The notes under the pieces: generated by a model | Seen by the model: only the letters and a program-made list of their open reading frames with translations | Told to the model about the DNA's origin: nothing | The model's database searches: none | From: Eledone cirrhosa | Lineage: Eukaryota | Reading direction: 5' to 3' | DNA: 64,000 bases | Assembly: GCA_964016885.1 (NCBI GenBank) | Contig: OZ024744.1 | Location: 112,468,001 to 112,532,000 of the forward strand | Position numbers and translations under genes: made by a program | Shown: in pieces, positions 61,485 to 64,000 of the stretch | Numbering within the stretch: the stretch's first letter is position 1 | Layout of the letters: every line of letters starts with the position of its first letter

Positions 61485-62250
61485 TTATGGTGGGTCATGG
61501 TTAGTGCGTGGTCTTCCCGCGAAAGTTTGTGCAGAAAAGGTGTGCATCCTAGTGTGTCTGCAATTGACAATTATGTCCGACCTATAGTTTATGGCGGAAT
61601 CAAGTTTAATTATTTCCGTCGCCTCAGCTAGGCACAATCTGCAGTGGTTTCTGTCACTAGGGATGTATGCCACACATCTTTTTACTGACCACGAGATCCG
61701 GGGTTCAATATTCCTGTCCTTGAGGTCCCAGATCAGATCGGCCAGTTTTCTTTGTGGTCGTTTCGATCTATGTTTGAAGGAGCTTCTGTGATTATTCCAG
61801 CGCTCCTTAAACGTAGTGGATGTCGCACCTATATATGAGTACTCCTTATTGCCGGCAGTGACATCGCACCGGTAAACAATATTCTTAACGAGGCACTCCC
61901 CGTTTAGTGGGCATTCGTCTCGTTTTTTGCAGTTGCATTTGGGAGTAACCGGTGCGGTGCAACGTTGGCGGTTGGTGTCGTGCGGTGTTGGTGTGGTGTG
62001 TGTGTTGTTGTGTTGTGTGTGTGGTTTCGTTCTGGGTTGTGGTGGTGGTTTGTTGGGGGGGGGGACCATGTGTTTTTGTATTTTTGCCCTATTATTGTGT
62101 GCTATTGTGTGGCCTAGGTTTGGTGCTGTGGAGAAAGAGAATTTTACGGTGTGTTTATTGAAGAGCTTGTGGTATTTGTGTGTGTGTGGAAAAGATTGTT
62201 CGAGGGCCCTGAAAAAGGTTCCCGGTATGTTAGTGGCGACGTGTATAGAA
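61485..62250 (-). pseudogene. PLE Cys-rich linker and GIY-YIG endonuclease
   Basis: CNCKKRDECPLNGECL, NIVYRCDV..SYIG, FKERWNNH, CRLCLAE, CRH. Confidence 0.9.
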
Positions 62251-62544
62251 TAGGAGGGGGGGGGGGTTATACCACGTGACAGGTCTACTTCGGTTTATGC
62301 GTTGTTTAGTGAGTTTGTGTGTGTTTTGGTCAGGCGTGTGTTTCAAATAGATTCCAGGTAATCTATTGGCGTTATGTCCCTTGTCTCTATTGGTACGCAA
62401 ACGTGTGCGATAGTCGGAGTTGTTATTGGGGCTGGAGAGTATGGCTTTATCTCCTAGACAGTTATGTGTGGTGCTGTCTACGCTGCCGGCTAGGGGGCGT
62501 CTAAGGTTATTGTGTGTTCTACGTGTTATACCCCCCCCCCCCAA

Positions 62545-64000
62545 CCCGTCTGCCTACCATATAACACACCGTAACCTCTGATCATGTAATCATCTTGCCG
62601 AACATATCACCCCAGCACCATCACCATGTCCACAACACACATCGCCGTACGTCCATAAACGCTTTTCCCCCGCGTTCCCTATGTCACCTTTTAACCGGTA
62701 TTCGATCCGGTATATATATTTTTGTCCCTCACAACTCCACCACCACCACCACAAGACACAACTCCATACTTCATTAACACCGACAACACATACCTCCACT
62801 CCCCAACCAACAATAGTGTGTGTGTCTGTGTGTAAGTATTTTACTCATACGGGCGTTTTAAGTGTGCGTGCGTGTACGCAAATTTATCTCTATGTGTGTG
62901 TGTATGTATGTGAACACATGTATATACATATGTCTATGTGTGTGTATATATATATATCTGTATATATATCTGTATATATATATATATGTGTATGTGTATG
63001 CATATGTGTATGTGTGTGTGTGTGTATATATGTATGTGTATGTATGTGTACGTCTACATATATGTATATGGGTAAATCTGACTGTATGTGTAGGTGAGCT
63101 CATATATGTGCATGTATGTGTATATGTGCGTATATGTGTGTGTTGTCGGTACATGTGTGTGTATATATATATATATGTGTATATATATATATGTGTGAGT
63201 ATACGTGTGTGCGAGTGTGTATGTGTATAGCTTGCATACATGAGTGTGAGTCCATGTGCCCATACCCATGTGTATGTATGTGTATGCATATATGTAAAAC
63301 ACCTTCTACATTGCCTCTCACCTTCCCCCCATCTCTGTCGTTCGCCACCCCCACCGATACTCTCCCACTCTCCATATTCGTGACCGCATGCGCGCATGCA
63401 CATACATGTGTGTACATATACATATGGCTGTGTGTGAGCGTATGCCGATATGTGTGGGCAAGGATGTGCGTATGTGTCTTATGTTGTGTGTGTTTATACA
63501 ACAATATATGTGCACATATATACATATATGTGTGAACGTATACGTATATACAAGGTATCTGTCAGACGAAGAGCGTCTAACTATATATCTATGTAAGGAC
63601 CTGACGCCACCAATACATCCACCACACCACCAAAAACGCCGCTACCATAGACAAAGGCACCACTACCACACCCCCACCCACACGCCAACCCGTCTACTGA
63701 CAATCCACTAACCTCATACCACAGCCCATCCCACTAAATAACCTTAACCACCACCATATCTTCACATCCACCCCCACACACTCTACACGCCAAGGCCAAC
63801 CCACCACCACCACCACACCACAGCCCACCTCATCCACAGACGTCACCAACATCTCACCATCACACCCACCCCCACATATACACTACAGGCCAGTACATCG
63901 CCTTGATCCTTCCCACCAATCAAAACATCTCATTTTGTCAAACTCTTGAAACTCTGACTTTACCACATAGCATGTATTTCATTTTCTTATAGCATTTTAA
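62545..64000 (+). repeat. Inverted copy of the PLE 3' region (mirror of 59509-60826), running off the window
   Basis: CCCGTCTGCCTACCATATAACACACC at 62545 is the reverse complement of sequence ending at 60826. The window end AGCATTTTAA is the reverse complement of 59509-59518. Confidence 0.92.

Larger units (their letters stand above)
59371..62530 (-). mobile_element. 5'-truncated Penelope-like element: post-RT region, GIY-YIG endonuclease and ~2.1-kb microsatellite-rich 3' region
   Basis: TWYNPP, TNIPGTFF..FPHTHKYHKLFNKHTVKFSFS, then the EN ORF; ends with a hammerhead motif, AATAAA and (TA)n. Confidence 0.85.

Noticed and set aside
59782-63711. Many His/Tyr/Cys/Val-rich ORFs
   Set aside because: They are dinucleotide-repeat translations in the PLE 3' region and its inverted copy; only the GIY-YIG frame is real.

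Overview
Eukaryotic, AT-rich DNA made entirely of repeats, with no intact host gene. The SINE style and (TA)n/(TG)n/(CAT)n content suggest a cephalopod such as Octopus (inference, not verified). The centre (11512-50743) is a 39.2-kb array of about 665 copies of a 59-bp monomer. That monomer is a slice of the reverse-transcriptase coding region (EQPYRYLGINEGQGIHHTNM, the YLG motif) of an R4/Dong-type LINE, which resumes collinearly on both sides, so the satellite arose in place inside a LINE. The array shows nested higher-order duplications and two variant domains. The flanks hold a decayed full-length Gypsy LTR element, an L1/Tx1-type 5' fragment, an RTE fragment, a second R4/Dong 3' end, tRNA-derived SINEs, and several Penelope-like elements (PLEs) with inverted termini. 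About nine hammerhead-ribozyme-like motifs lie in the roughly 25 kb of non-satellite sequence. Several have long structured stem II insertions, palindromic stem III, and non-canonical cores (a U3-A8 covariant and recurrent U4C). All calls were read by eye; none were confirmed by search or folding software.
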